A stretch of DNA of 64,000 bases from an uncultured Actinomycetota bacterium (GTDB lineage Bacteria; Actinomycetota; UBA4738; HRBIN12): contig CAVRUS010000011.1 in the NCBI GenBank assembly GCA_963724415.1, forward strand, positions 256,561 through 320,560. Direction: 5' to 3'. Of the stretch, positions 10,695-19,989 are shown piece by piece; position 1 is the stretch's first letter; the number at the start of each line of letters is the position of its first letter. The position numbers were made by a program, and so were the translations under genes. The notes beneath the pieces were generated by a model. That model worked only from the letters and a program-made list of their open reading frames with translations, ran no database searches and was not told where the DNA came from.

Positions 10695-10917
10695 AGCAGG
10701 AAACGGCAACACGGCCGTTGTGCCACGCTCTCCCCGAGCGTAGCGTGAGGCGATGGCGCTGCGCTCCCCGAACGAGATCCCCGGCCGCCCCACGAGCGTG
10801 CTCGTGCCCACCTACAGCGACAACGAGAATCCTGGGACCAAAGCCGATCACCGGCGCCTCGCGGTCGAGTGGCGGCGCCGGCATCCCCGGTGGTGGAGGC
10901 GGCTGCTCCGCCTGCGG

Positions 10918-11439
10918 TCAGTCCCTCCCGCCGACTGAGTCTCCGGACCCCTCCGGGGGCCGATCCACTTCGGGTGCGCCCATCGCTTCCAGCATCTCCT
11001 GCAGCAGGTAGCCGAGGAACTGGTAGACGCGGAACGTCTCGTGGCGGGGATCGTCCGAGGGGAAGTCCTCCTCCGTCGCCTCTTCCGTGATGTCGATCCG
11101 CGTGCCGAGCACGAGCCGCAGGTCGTTCACCACACCGACCCACGCGAGGAACTCGTCCTCGGTGAGCGCCTTGGCGTGGGCCGTGCGCTCCACCGTGTCG
11201 ATCGCCTCGAGCTTCCCCGTCCGAGGCGTGCCGCCGAGGTTGGTCTCGAACTCGAGGTTCCGCAGCGGGTCGTCTTCGTAGGCGGGAGGGAAGAGCCGGG
11301 CCACGGCCGGGTCGCTCGAGGGATCCTCCGCCGCGAGCAGGGCGCGCGACTGCTGACAGAGCTCCACGAGGAGGCCGCGCACTCCCTTGCTGAGGTGCAC
11401 GGCGTAGCCGCCGCCGTCCTGACGGAACATGGGCTCCAT
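10918..11439 (-). CDS. DUF2017 domain protein (actinobacterial ClpS-associated)
   Basis: Start moved to internal ATG 11439, which overlaps the clpS stop (ATGA). DUF2017 is the typical clpS neighbour in Actinobacteria. Confidence 0.65.
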   Translation of the reverse strand: MEPMFRQDGGGYAVHLSKGVRGLLVELCQQSRALLAAEDPSSDPAVARLFPPAYEDDPLRNLEFETNLGGTPRTGKLEAIDTVERTAHAKALTEDEFLAWVGVVNDLRLVLGTRIDITEEATEEDFPSDDPRHETFRVYQFLGYLLQEMLEAMGAPEVDRPPEGSGDSVGGRD

Positions 11440-11744
11440 CAGGTGTCCCGCTGCAGCGTCGCCCACAGGCCGTGGGCGTGGAGCCGCGCGACGTCGGATT
11501 CCGCCTTCTCACGGGGACCGGAGGAGACGACCGCGCGCCCCTTCGTATGGACGTCCCACATCAGCCGTTCGGCCTTCTCCCGCGGGTAGCCGAACAACCG
11601 CATGAACACCCAGGTCACGTAGCTCATCAGGTTGATCGGGTCGTTCCACACGATCACGATCCACGGCAGGTCGGGCTCGTTGACCTCATCCTCGCGGGGC
11701 CGCTCGACCCGCGCAGGTCTCGTCGTGGTCGTGCCGGTGCTCAC
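11439..11744 (-). CDS. clpS: ATP-dependent Clp protease adaptor ClpS
   Basis: 101 aa with the conserved ClpS core ([17 protein letters not shown]...[13 protein letters not shown]). Confidence 0.85.
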   Translation of the reverse strand: MSTGTTTTRPARVERPREDEVNEPDLPWIVIVWNDPINLMSYVTWVFMRLFGYPREKAERLMWDVHTKGRAVVSSGPREKAESDVARLHAHGLWATLQRDT

Positions 11745-12022
11745 CGATCCCGCTCCCGCGGCTCGTCGTCGATCGACATCGTGATCGCGACCGTATCGCC
11801 GGTCTTGCGTCCGGCCGCCGCGAGCGTGGCCTTGTGGACGCCGAGGACCAAGCGTCCGCCCATCGATGCGAGGTTGCTCCGGTACTCGGTCCCGTCGAGC
11901 GTCCCGCGCACCCGGGTCATGTGCTTCGCCCCGATGCCGTCGACGAGGGAGCGGTCGACTTCCACGAAGTGCCCACCTCCACGGGCGGACTCCACCACGG
12001 CCTCGAAGCTGACACCACTCAT
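11741..12022 (-). CDS. DUF1905 domain protein
   Basis: Internal start by index arithmetic ([23 protein letters not shown]...). 4-nt overlap with the clpS start; directly follows the SDR stop. Confidence 0.55.
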   Translation of the reverse strand: MSGVSFEAVVESARGGGHFVEVDRSLVDGIGAKHMTRVRGTLDGTEYRSNLASMGGRLVLGVHKATLAAAGRKTGDTVAITMSIDDEPRERDR

Positions 12023-12786
12023 GGCGGTGGAGCGGCGCGTCGCGTCCGACGGACGCGCCGAACCCCCCATCGATACAACGGCGGCGTCACCACACGGAAC
12101 ACCTGCAGCGGACTCAGCCATCGGGGGATCGAGTACTCGGGCGCGATGTCGTCCTGGACGACCTTCACGATCGCGTCGATCACGGTGCGCATCTTGAGGA
12201 CGGCCCAGTCCGGCAGGTCCCCCTGCGGGAAGCCCTCGGTGTCGACGTAACCGGGGTTCACGGACGTGACGCGCACGTTGCGACCCTCGGTCTCGTAGTT
12301 CATCGCCTCGGAGAACGCCACAACGGCGTGCTTCGTGGCGCCGTAGATCGCGTTGCCCGGCGTCGCGAAGCGCCCCGCGAGCGATGCGATGTTCACGACG
12401 TGCCCGATGCCACGGGCGAGCATCCCCGGGAGGAACGCCCGGGTGGCGAACATCACGCCGAGGACGTTCAGCTGGACGTGCTCCTCGATCTGCTCGTAGT
12501 CGAGCTTCGCGAACTCCCCGCCGCCCCGCATCCCGGCGCTGTTCACGAGCACGTCGGTGGGACCGAACGCCTCCTCGGTCACGGCGCGGAGCGTGCGGAG
12601 CTGGTCCGGATGCGTGACGTCGCAGGTGGCGGCGAGAGCTCGCCCGCCCGCCTTCTCGATCCGTTCGACGACGGCGTCGAGCCGGTCGCTGCGGCGCGCC
12701 GCGAGGACGACACGCGCACCCCGTTTCGCGAACGCGACCGCCGCCGCCTCCCCGATGCCGGACGACGCGCCCGTGACGACGACCAC
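12019..12786 (-). CDS. Short-chain dehydrogenase/reductase (SDR)
   Basis: TGASSGIG Rossmann motif and a YGATK catalytic motif. Confidence 0.85.
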   Translation of the reverse strand: MVVVTGASSGIGEAAAVAFAKRGARVVLAARRSDRLDAVVERIEKAGGRALAATCDVTHPDQLRTLRAVTEEAFGPTDVLVNSAGMRGGGEFAKLDYEQIEEHVQLNVLGVMFATRAFLPGMLARGIGHVVNIASLAGRFATPGNAIYGATKHAVVAFSEAMNYETEGRNVRVTSVNPGYVDTEGFPQGDLPDWAVLKMRTVIDAIVKVVQDDIAPEYSIPRWLSPLQVFRVVTPPLYRWGVRRVRRTRRAAPPP

Positions 12787-12833
12787 TGCTCCCTCGATGC
12801 GCAGGAAGGACCCCCTCGTACGATGGTGGTGCC

Positions 12834-13658
12834 TTGGACGTTATCGGAGCCCACGCGAGGCGTCTGCCCGCGCTCGACGAGCGCTGGGAGGCGCGTCCCT
12901 ACCCACGCGAGGAGCTGACGCGCGCACTGGCAGCCGGCGGGGTGGCCGGTCCCGCGGGTCACCCGCACGACAACGTGTTCGGGAACATCCGGATGCTCGT
13001 CGACCACGATCCCGACAAGCTGTTCGGGCTCTCGGACATGCCCGAGCCCTTCGGGTTCGAGGACATCGTCAGGATCGTCGGCGAGGCGGCCGGGGTGCCG
13101 ATCGACGCGCTCGCGACGGAGGGATCACCCGACATCGACGCGGGGGCCGTGCTGGATGCCTGTGAGCGGATGGGGGAGCGGTTGGCGGCCGCCGCACGCC
13201 GCGGCGAGCGGGTGCTCTTCGCCACCGGGCACCCGGGGGATCTCGACCCGCTCTACGGCGCGATCGCGGAGCTCGCCGCGGCGCGCGGAGCGCGGATCGC
13301 CCGGCCGGCCGACGGCATCTCCTGGAGCGACCCCGGCGTCGGTCGTCGGTGGACCGTCCTGTTCCACGGAGCGGTCGGGATGGTGGCCGACGAGGAGCGA
13401 CCCCGCCATTCGCACCGCCCGGACGCGATGGAGGTCATGCTCACCGCCGAGCGACCCGATCTCGTGGTCGCCGACCACGGGTTCGCGGGAGCGGCGATCG
13501 AAGCAGGCGTCGAGACGCTCTCGATCGCGGACGTGAACGACCCGGCGCTGATCGTGGCGAAAGCGCAAGGCCGAACGGACGTCGTCATCGTGCTCGACGA
13601 CCACGTCCCGCCCGAGAACTACTGGCCCTGCTTCCAAGCGGTCGCGGGCCGGTTCTGA
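12834..13658 (+). CDS. Conserved hypothetical protein (274 aa)
   Basis: Long ORF with protein-like composition; no confident family call from sequence alone. Confidence 0.45.
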   Translation: MDVIGAHARRLPALDERWEARPYPREELTRALAAGGVAGPAGHPHDNVFGNIRMLVDHDPDKLFGLSDMPEPFGFEDIVRIVGEAAGVPIDALATEGSPDIDAGAVLDACERMGERLAAAARRGERVLFATGHPGDLDPLYGAIAELAAARGARIARPADGISWSDPGVGRRWTVLFHGAVGMVADEERPRHSHRPDAMEVMLTAERPDLVVADHGFAGAAIEAGVETLSIADVNDPALIVAKAQGRTDVVIVLDDHVPPENYWPCFQAVAGRF

Positions 13659-13774
13659 ACGCTCGCCGACTCGCGGGTGCACCGAGAGAGATTGCGCGCC
13701 AAGGTATGACCGCTGTAGAGCGGCGACGGGGGCTATCCAGCGGTTGGGGGCCTGGAGTACCATCGATCGACCAC

Positions 13775-13975
13775 ATGGTGATGCCAGAACCCTTCACCGA
13801 GGCTCGGCTGCTGACCGCGAACGAGGTCGCGGATCTGATGCGCGTGTCCAGGATGACCGTCTACCGACTGATCAAGACCGGCGAGATGCCCTCGCTCCGT
13901 GTGGGCAGGGGCTATCGCTTCCGAGAGGAAGACGTCCACGACTACCTGAGGGGGCGCTACACCGAGGCCGGCTGA
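13775..13975 (+). CDS. Excisionase/MerR-family helix-turn-helix DNA-binding protein (66 aa)
   Basis: Start by index arithmetic on the track ORF. HTH_17-like motif (LLTANEVADLMRVSRMTVYRLIKTGEMPSLRVGRGYRF). Confidence 0.65.
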   Translation: MVMPEPFTEARLLTANEVADLMRVSRMTVYRLIKTGEMPSLRVGRGYRFREEDVHDYLRGRYTEAG

Positions 13976-14039
13976 GGCCGCACCCGAGGGCTCCCAGACA
14001 CGCTCGAAGCCGAACCTCCGCGAAGGGGCGGAGGGCGCG

Positions 14040-14930
14040 ATGAACGAGCACGACCGGCTCGTCGACCGGGCCGCGCGCGAGGCGCGGGCCGTCCTGTTCG
14101 TGGGCGGGCTCGACTCCGGGAAGAGCTCGATGGCACGCGCCACCGCGGCCTACGCGCTGCAGCTCGGTCGCTCCGTCGCCTACCTCGACGCCGACGTCTC
14201 CCAGAAGACGGTCGGACCGCCGGGCACCGTCGGGCTGAAGCACATCCGGGAGCCCGACGATCTCACCCACGACCGCATGGCCGAGGCCGACGCGATCGGG
14301 TTCGTGGGCTCGACCTCGCCCCAGGATCATCTGCTGCCGCTCGTGGGCGCGCTGGCGCGCCTGCGCGAGCGGGCCCACGACGAGGGCGCCGAGCTCGTCG
14401 TCGTGGACACCGGTGGCGAGGTCTCGGGGATCCGCGGCCAACTCGTGAAGTACTACAAGGTCGACACGCTTGAGCCCGACCTGGTGGTCGCGCTCCAGCG
14501 CGGCGAGGAGCTCGAGCCGATCGTCGGGGTCGTCGAGCGGTTCTTCGGCGTCGAGGTCGTCCGGCTCGGGATCCATCCCGCCGTGGTGCCCACCTCGGTC
14601 GACGAGCGGATGGCCCAGCGCGAGGAGTCGATGCGCCGGTACTTCACCCAGCCGCTCCAGCGGTTCCGGGTGCGGCCCACCGTGTTCATGCCGAGCCTGC
14701 CTCCGCTGTTCGATCTCTCCCAGCTCGACCGGCTCTTGGTGGGGCTTTCCGACGGCGAGGGCGGGTTCACTGGCGTCGGCTACCTCGAGCCGGTGTCGGG
14801 AAACGGGGGGCTCCGCCTGATCTCGCCGGTGGCAGAGGCGCCCAAAGCCCTTAGACTGGGTTCCGTTCGTCTGGAGGAGAGCTTCCGAGCGAAGCGGATC
14901 GACCTCCGGAACCTCTTCGGAACCGAATGA
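14040..14930 (+). CDS. P-loop NTPase, Clp1/Grc3-like polynucleotide-kinase-type protein
   Basis: Walker A (GGLDSGKSSMA) near the N-terminus with a downstream Walker B-like hhhhDTGGE; resembles Clp1_P-type P-loops. Family assignment is tentative. Confidence 0.5.
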   Translation: MNEHDRLVDRAAREARAVLFVGGLDSGKSSMARATAAYALQLGRSVAYLDADVSQKTVGPPGTVGLKHIREPDDLTHDRMAEADAIGFVGSTSPQDHLLPLVGALARLRERAHDEGAELVVVDTGGEVSGIRGQLVKYYKVDTLEPDLVVALQRGEELEPIVGVVERFFGVEVVRLGIHPAVVPTSVDERMAQREESMRRYFTQPLQRFRVRPTVFMPSLPPLFDLSQLDRLLVGLSDGEGGFTGVGYLEPVSGNGGLRLISPVAEAPKALRLGSVRLEESFRAKRIDLRNLFGTE

Positions 14931-14943
14931 AAGGCGTGGTTCG

Positions 14944-15045
14944 TTGCCGTCCCTCGTGAAGAAGCGCCGGAAGAAGATGCGCAAGAAGAAGCACAAGAAG
15001 CTCCTCAAGCGCACCCGGCACCAGCGCCTGAAGCTGGGTAAGTAG
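14944..15045 (+). CDS. 30S ribosomal protein bS22 (33-aa actinobacterial micro-protein)
   Basis: TTG-initiated ORF read directly from the sequence. LPSLVKKRRKKMRKKKHKKLLKRTRHQRLKLGK matches the mycobacterial bS22 pattern MGSVIKKRRKRM.KKKHRKLL..TR.QRRKLGK. Absent from the ORF track because under 60 aa. Confidence 0.75.
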   Translation: MPSLVKKRRKKMRKKKHKKLLKRTRHQRLKLGK

Positions 15046-15062
15046 CGGCGGGAGCCCCCGGC

Positions 15063-15815
15063 GTGGCCTCCCCGAACCGTCGGAGGGCCGTCGCCGTCCT
15101 CGCCGTCGCGCTCACGATCCTCGCCTCATGTGGCGAGGCCCCCGCGGGATCCACGGCGGGCTCGAGGGAGATCACGTTCACCTCGTCCGACGGGATCACG
15201 CTGTCGGGTCGACTCTTCGGTCCCGAGGACGCGACGGCGGGCGTCGTCCTGGCGCACATGTTCCCCTCGGACCAGAGCGCCTGGTTCGACTTCGCCACGA
15301 GGCTGGGAGAGCGCGGCTACCGCGTCGTGACCTTCAACTTCCGCGGCTACTGCCCCGGCGGCGAAGCCGGCTGCTCCCAGGGCGAGAAGACGATCTCCGC
15401 GATCTGGCAGGACGTCGAGGGCGCCGTCGCGGCGCTCCGGGACGAGGGGGCGGCCCGCGTCGGGCTCGTGGGCGCGAGCATGGGCGGGACGGCGTCCCTC
15501 GTGGCGGCCTCGCAGGAGGGGCAGGACATCGATGCCATCGTCACGTTGTCCGCTCCGACGAGCTTCGAGGGCTTGGCGGCGAGCCCCGACGTTCTCGCTC
15601 AGGTGACGGCGGCCAAGCTCTTCCTCGCGGGGCACGAAGACACCGCGGCCGCCGAGGCCGTGGACACGCTCTACGCGGAGACCCTGCAGCCGAAGCGTCC
15701 CGTCATCCTGACGACCGGCGATCACGGGACGGACATCCTCACGGGCAACCAGGCCGGGATCGCGAGCACGGAGATCATCCGATGGCTCGAGCGGTATCTG
15801 CCGGTGGACGGATGA
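15063..15815 (+). CDS. Alpha/beta-hydrolase lipoprotein (dienelactone-hydrolase-like)
   Basis: Lipobox (LTILASCGE) after a signal peptide; GASMGG nucleophile-elbow motif. Confidence 0.7.
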   Translation: MASPNRRRAVAVLAVALTILASCGEAPAGSTAGSREITFTSSDGITLSGRLFGPEDATAGVVLAHMFPSDQSAWFDFATRLGERGYRVVTFNFRGYCPGGEAGCSQGEKTISAIWQDVEGAVAALRDEGAARVGLVGASMGGTASLVAASQEGQDIDAIVTLSAPTSFEGLAASPDVLAQVTAAKLFLAGHEDTAAAEAVDTLYAETLQPKRPVILTTGDHGTDILTGNQAGIASTEIIRWLERYLPVDG

Positions 15816-16606
15816 GCCGGCCGATCGTCTTCCTGACCGACTACGGGCGGAGCGACGCGTTCGTCGGGATCTGTCACGGCGTGATGGCGCGGATCGCGCC
15901 GGATGCGCGCGTGATCGATCTCACGCACGCCGTCCCGCGGCAGGACGTCCTGCGAGGGGCCGTGGAGCTCGCTCGGGCCGTCCCGTACATGCCGACCGAC
16001 GCGGTGTACGTCGCGGTCGTCGATCCGGGTGTCGGATCCGACCGGCGTGCCGTCGCCGTGGCCGCGGGAGCGTCGGCCCTCGTCGGTCCCGACAACGGTG
16101 TGCTCTCGCTGGCGTGGGATGCGCTCGGCGGAGTCACGGAAGCCGTGGAGATCTCGAGCCCGGACGTGGTGCTCGCGCCGGTCTCGCGCACGTTCCACGG
16201 CAGGGATGTCTTCGCCCCCGCGGCCGCGCACCTCGCGGCCGGGAGGCAGCTCGGCGACCTCGGCACGGCGATGGATCCGGCGTCGCTCGAGCGGTTCGAT
16301 CTTCCCAGCCCGATGGTCGCTCCCGGGGCGGTCGGAGCCCGGGTGACCGCGACCGACGCGTTCGGGAACGTGCAGCTGAACGCCACGGAGCTCGATCTGG
16401 ACGCCGCCGGCGTCGCCGACGGACGGGTCCTCGTCGTGAACGGTCGGCGACTCCCGCGAGCCGGCACGTTCGCCGAACTCCCGGAACGCGAGCCGGGGCT
16501 GATCGTCGACTCCGACGGCCACCTCGCGATCGTGGTCAACCGCGGGAACGCGGCCGTGATGCTCGGCCTGGCCGCCGGCGACGCGGTCGTGGTGGAAGGG
16601 TCCTAG
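15812..16606 (+). CDS. SAM hydroxide adenosyltransferase family protein (DUF62, fluorinase/chlorinase-like fold)
   Basis: ATG 15812 by index arithmetic (ATGA overlap). DUF62 pattern (VFLTDYG..D.FVG.CHGV...VDPGVGS). Confidence 0.7.
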   Translation: MSRPIVFLTDYGRSDAFVGICHGVMARIAPDARVIDLTHAVPRQDVLRGAVELARAVPYMPTDAVYVAVVDPGVGSDRRAVAVAAGASALVGPDNGVLSLAWDALGGVTEAVEISSPDVVLAPVSRTFHGRDVFAPAAAHLAAGRQLGDLGTAMDPASLERFDLPSPMVAPGAVGARVTATDAFGNVQLNATELDLDAAGVADGRVLVVNGRRLPRAGTFAELPEREPGLIVDSDGHLAIVVNRGNAAVMLGLAAGDAVVVEGS

Positions 16607-16761
16607 GGACTCGGGAGCACGGCAGGGCTCGACGGGACCGGGAAGTCGCCGTGGTCCTGGCCCGCGAGCTGGAGCTGCCAGACGCCGGCGGCGACCAGGA
16701 GCGACAGCAGGACGATCAGGATGATCAGCGTCGGGCGTCGCACGGCGGCGAGGCTATCGGC

Positions 16762-17565
16762 TCAACGCGCGGCGCGGCCCGCAGACGCCAACGTCCGTTC
16801 CGTCCGCTCCCGCATCGCGACCATCACGTCGGCCAGCCGTTCCGTGTTCCCGAGCGCCGGCCGGAGATCGACCTCGAGCGAGACCGCGCCCTCGTACCTC
16901 GAGCGCGTCAGATCCTCCAGGAATCCGTCGATGTCGAGGACGCCGTCTCCGGGCGGGAGATGTGAGTCCCGTCCCTTCCCCGCGTTGTCGGACAGGTGCA
17001 CGTGCCGAAGGCGCGGGCCGAACAGGTGGCGGACGTCGATCGGATCGTGCCCCGACACCGCGGCGTGGGACGTGTCGAGCACCAGATGGGGCATCCCTTC
17101 GAGCGCCTCGAGGTCCTGGTTCGAGTGGAAGGTCACGGACCTGCCGCCGACGCGGACGGGGAACATGTTCTCCACGGCGACGGCGACCCCCGTGCGCTCC
17201 TCGACATCGGGCAGCTCGTCGACCAGCCAGCGGCGGAACGCGCTCTGCCATCGATACGGCGGGTGAACGACCACGACGGGGATGCCCGCGTCGGCCGCCG
17301 CCTCGACGGAGCGGTCGATCTTCCCGATCGGGTCGGTGCCCCAGACCTTCCTCGTCAGGAGCAGGCACGGCGCGTGGAGCGCGCCGACCTCGAGGCCGAA
17401 CTCGTCGGCCAGCGCCCGGATCCGGCTCGGGTCCTGGCTCTCCGGATCCTTCGTCACCATGACTTCCACACCGCCGTAGCCGCACTCGGCCACCAAGCGG
17501 AAGGTCCACGACAGCGGCCTCGCGAAGAAGGCGGCCGAGGAGAAGAGCACGGGCGGGGAAGCCAT
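16762..17565 (-). CDS. Sugar phosphate isomerase/epimerase (xylose-isomerase-like TIM barrel)
   Basis: 267 aa with the AP-endonuclease-2 / TIM-barrel pattern. Confidence 0.75.
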   Translation of the reverse strand: MASPPVLFSSAAFFARPLSWTFRLVAECGYGGVEVMVTKDPESQDPSRIRALADEFGLEVGALHAPCLLLTRKVWGTDPIGKIDRSVEAAADAGIPVVVVHPPYRWQSAFRRWLVDELPDVEERTGVAVAVENMFPVRVGGRSVTFHSNQDLEALEGMPHLVLDTSHAAVSGHDPIDVRHLFGPRLRHVHLSDNAGKGRDSHLPPGDGVLDIDGFLEDLTRSRYEGAVSLEVDLRPALGNTERLADVMVAMRERTERTLASAGRAAR

Positions 17566-17618
17566 CGCACCGATGCTACCGGCTGCCCGAGGACGGGCGG
17601 TGCGTATCCTGTCGGCTC

Positions 17619-18323
17619 ATGTGGGTGTTCCCGCTCGCCGCGGCGATCGTGGCGCTCGCCTTCGCAGCGTCGCTCGCCCGGCGGTTCGCCCGGAGCCGGC
17701 GGCTCCACCTGGCGATGTGGTCTGCCGCCCTCGTGATGTACGCGATCGCCTCCCTCGCGGTCGCGATCGGGGCACTCGCCGGTTGGAGCCGGAGTCTGTT
17801 CGAGATCTATTGGATCCTGGGGGCGGTGCTGAACGTGCCGCTGCTCGCCGCCGGCGAGGTCCACCTGCTCCGGCGCGGCCAGGTCCTCGACATCGCCGTC
17901 TGGGTCGTCCTCGCGTTCGTCTTCGCCTACACGGTGGCGGTGACGCGAGGAGCGGAGGTGAGCGCGGCCGCCCTCGCGGAGCAACTCCCCTCGGGCAAGG
18001 AGGTGTTCGGTGACGGGTCCGCCGCGTACCGGCTCCCGCAGCTGATCTCGATCCCGTCCTACGTGATCCTCGTCGTCGGCGCGGCGTGGTCGGCATGGCG
18101 GATGCGCGGCCGGCCGGAGCTCCGCGGCAGGTTCGTCGGGACGCTTCTCGTGGCAGCCGGCGCCACGATCACGGCCGCCGCAGGATCCGCGTTCGCCGCG
18201 GTGGGGAACCTCCCGGCGTTCTCGCTGTCGTTGCTCGCCGGGGTCGCCGTGATGTTCCGGGGATTCCTCCGCGCGAGCGAACCCCGTCCCGCTTCCGATC
18301 GGAGCGATCTCCCCGCGCACTGA
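17619..18323 (+). CDS. Integral membrane protein, function unknown
   Basis: 234 aa with about six hydrophobic helices. Confidence 0.55.
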   Translation: MWVFPLAAAIVALAFAASLARRFARSRRLHLAMWSAALVMYAIASLAVAIGALAGWSRSLFEIYWILGAVLNVPLLAAGEVHLLRRGQVLDIAVWVVLAFVFAYTVAVTRGAEVSAAALAEQLPSGKEVFGDGSAAYRLPQLISIPSYVILVVGAAWSAWRMRGRPELRGRFVGTLLVAAGATITAAAGSAFAAVGNLPAFSLSLLAGVAVMFRGFLRASEPRPASDRSDLPAH

Positions 18324-18503
18324 CGTGTCCGGTCTCCGGGCGGTGATCCGACCCGGCGCAGCGCGCGAACCAGGCCCTGACCGCGCCCGAGGGAAGGGGG
18401 ACGAGGCGCCCGACCGGGAGGTTCCCGGAGGACGGGCGGCGCGGATCGAGTCTTCGACTCGTTCGACCCGAAACGATCCCACGACCAGAGGAGGGGGATA
18501 CCC

Positions 18504-19922
18504 TTGTCTCCAGCAGAGACGTCTTCAGCACGCAAGCGCACATCACGCTTCAGGCGGGCCGCCGCGCTCGCGATCACCGGGGCGCTCGCCGTCGCGGCCT
18601 TCGCCGGGCTCGGCCCGGTGGCCTCGACCGCGTCCAGCCACCGCGAAGCGCCGTTGGTCTCCGGCGATCCGGCCATCGACGCGACCGATCTGTACGCGTT
18701 CGTCCCCGACAGCGCGCCCACGAAGGTGGCGCTCGTCGGCTCGTGGATCCCGTTCGAGGAGCCCGCGGGAGGACCGAACTTCTACCTCTGGGCCGAACGC
18801 ACGAACTACGACATCAACATCGACAACGACGGGGACGCGTTCGCGGACGTCGTCTACCGCTGGCGGTTCACGACGCACCGTCGCAACCCCGACTCGTTCA
18901 TCAACAACAACGGCCAGGTGACGTCGCTGGACGATGAGAACCTCCTCATCTACCAGACCTACGACCTCACCCGGATCAAGAACGGTCACACGACCACGCT
19001 GTTGAACGACGCCCCGGTGGTGCCGTCCCACGTGGGCGACGCCTCGATGCCCGACTACAACGGCGACCTGTTCGACGCGGGCACGCAGACGGTCGGCGGC
19101 ATCGACAGCTGGGTCGGGCAGTCCGACGACCCGTTCTTCCTCGACCTCCGCGTCTTCGACCTCCTCTATGGCGGCGACTTCAGCGAGGCCGGTGACGACA
19201 CGCTGGACGGTTTCAACGTCAACACGATGGTCCTGCAGGTGCCGAAGGCGCAGCTGCGCGGGCCGGACGACGGCGTGATCGGGATCTGGACGACGGCGTC
19301 GCGCCGTTCGATCCGCATCCAGGGCGCCGACGGCTCGCTCGAGTGGAGAGGCCCGTTCGTGCAGGTGTCGCGGCTCGGCATGCCGCTCGTGAACGAGGTC
19401 GTCGTGCCGATCGGGTTCAAGGACTACTTCAACGGGTCCAACCCGCGCGGTGACGGCGCGTATCTGCCGAAGGTCAACGACCCCGAGCTGCCGCGCCTGA
19501 TCAACGCGGTGTACGGCCTGGAGATCCCGGACACGAACCCCGGGATGGACGGCGTGCAGCGGTCCGACCTGGTGCAGGTCTTCCTCACCGGTCTCCCCGG
19601 GCTCAACAAGCCGACCCCGCACGTCCGGCGGTCGGAGATGCTCCGGCTGAACATGGACGTCGCTCCGTGCACGTCCGAATGCTCGACGCTCGGTGCGATC
19701 GACGGTGACGTCGCCGGGTTCCCGAACGGCCGTCGTCTGACCGACGACATCATCGACATCGCCCTCCGGGTCGTCGAGGGGTTCCTGATCCCCGGACACG
19801 ATCCGTTCGTCGACACCCTCGGCGATGGTGTCGGGGCGAACGACTCGGCGTTCCTGGGGACCTTCCCCTACGTCGCGTACCCGCACTCCGGGTCGGACGC
19901 CGACCCGCACGCGACTCCATAG
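18504..19922 (+). CDS. Secreted DUF4331-family protein
   Basis: TTG start after a strong SD. Signal peptide with an RR motif, then a mature N-terminus SSHREAPL typical of DUF4331. Confidence 0.6.
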   Translation: MSPAETSSARKRTSRFRRAAALAITGALAVAAFAGLGPVASTASSHREAPLVSGDPAIDATDLYAFVPDSAPTKVALVGSWIPFEEPAGGPNFYLWAERTNYDINIDNDGDAFADVVYRWRFTTHRRNPDSFINNNGQVTSLDDENLLIYQTYDLTRIKNGHTTTLLNDAPVVPSHVGDASMPDYNGDLFDAGTQTVGGIDSWVGQSDDPFFLDLRVFDLLYGGDFSEAGDDTLDGFNVNTMVLQVPKAQLRGPDDGVIGIWTTASRRSIRIQGADGSLEWRGPFVQVSRLGMPLVNEVVVPIGFKDYFNGSNPRGDGAYLPKVNDPELPRLINAVYGLEIPDTNPGMDGVQRSDLVQVFLTGLPGLNKPTPHVRRSEMLRLNMDVAPCTSECSTLGAIDGDVAGFPNGRRLTDDIIDIALRVVEGFLIPGHDPFVDTLGDGVGANDSAFLGTFPYVAYPHSGSDADPHATP

Positions 19923-19989
19923 GCAAGCACAGGAGGGGAGTGGCCGCCGCGAAGGGCGGCGGCCACTCCTCCTCCTCGGGAGGAGAGGC

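Noticed and set aside
10695-10740. Possible terminator hairpin after pyk (contains the ACGGCCGT palindrome)
   Set aside because: The stem is short and imperfect and there is no T-tract; not convincing as an intrinsic terminator.
10753-10938. 61-aa ORF in the pyk/DUF2017 intergenic region
   Set aside because: Arg/Trp-rich translation, no ribosome-binding site, and it overlaps the DUF2017 3' end; likely non-coding.
16620-16752. Possible 48-aa single-TM ORF on the minus strand between the DUF62 gene and the sugar-phosphate isomerase gene
   Set aside because: GTG start with no clear RBS, and it sits in a convergent terminator region; insufficient support.
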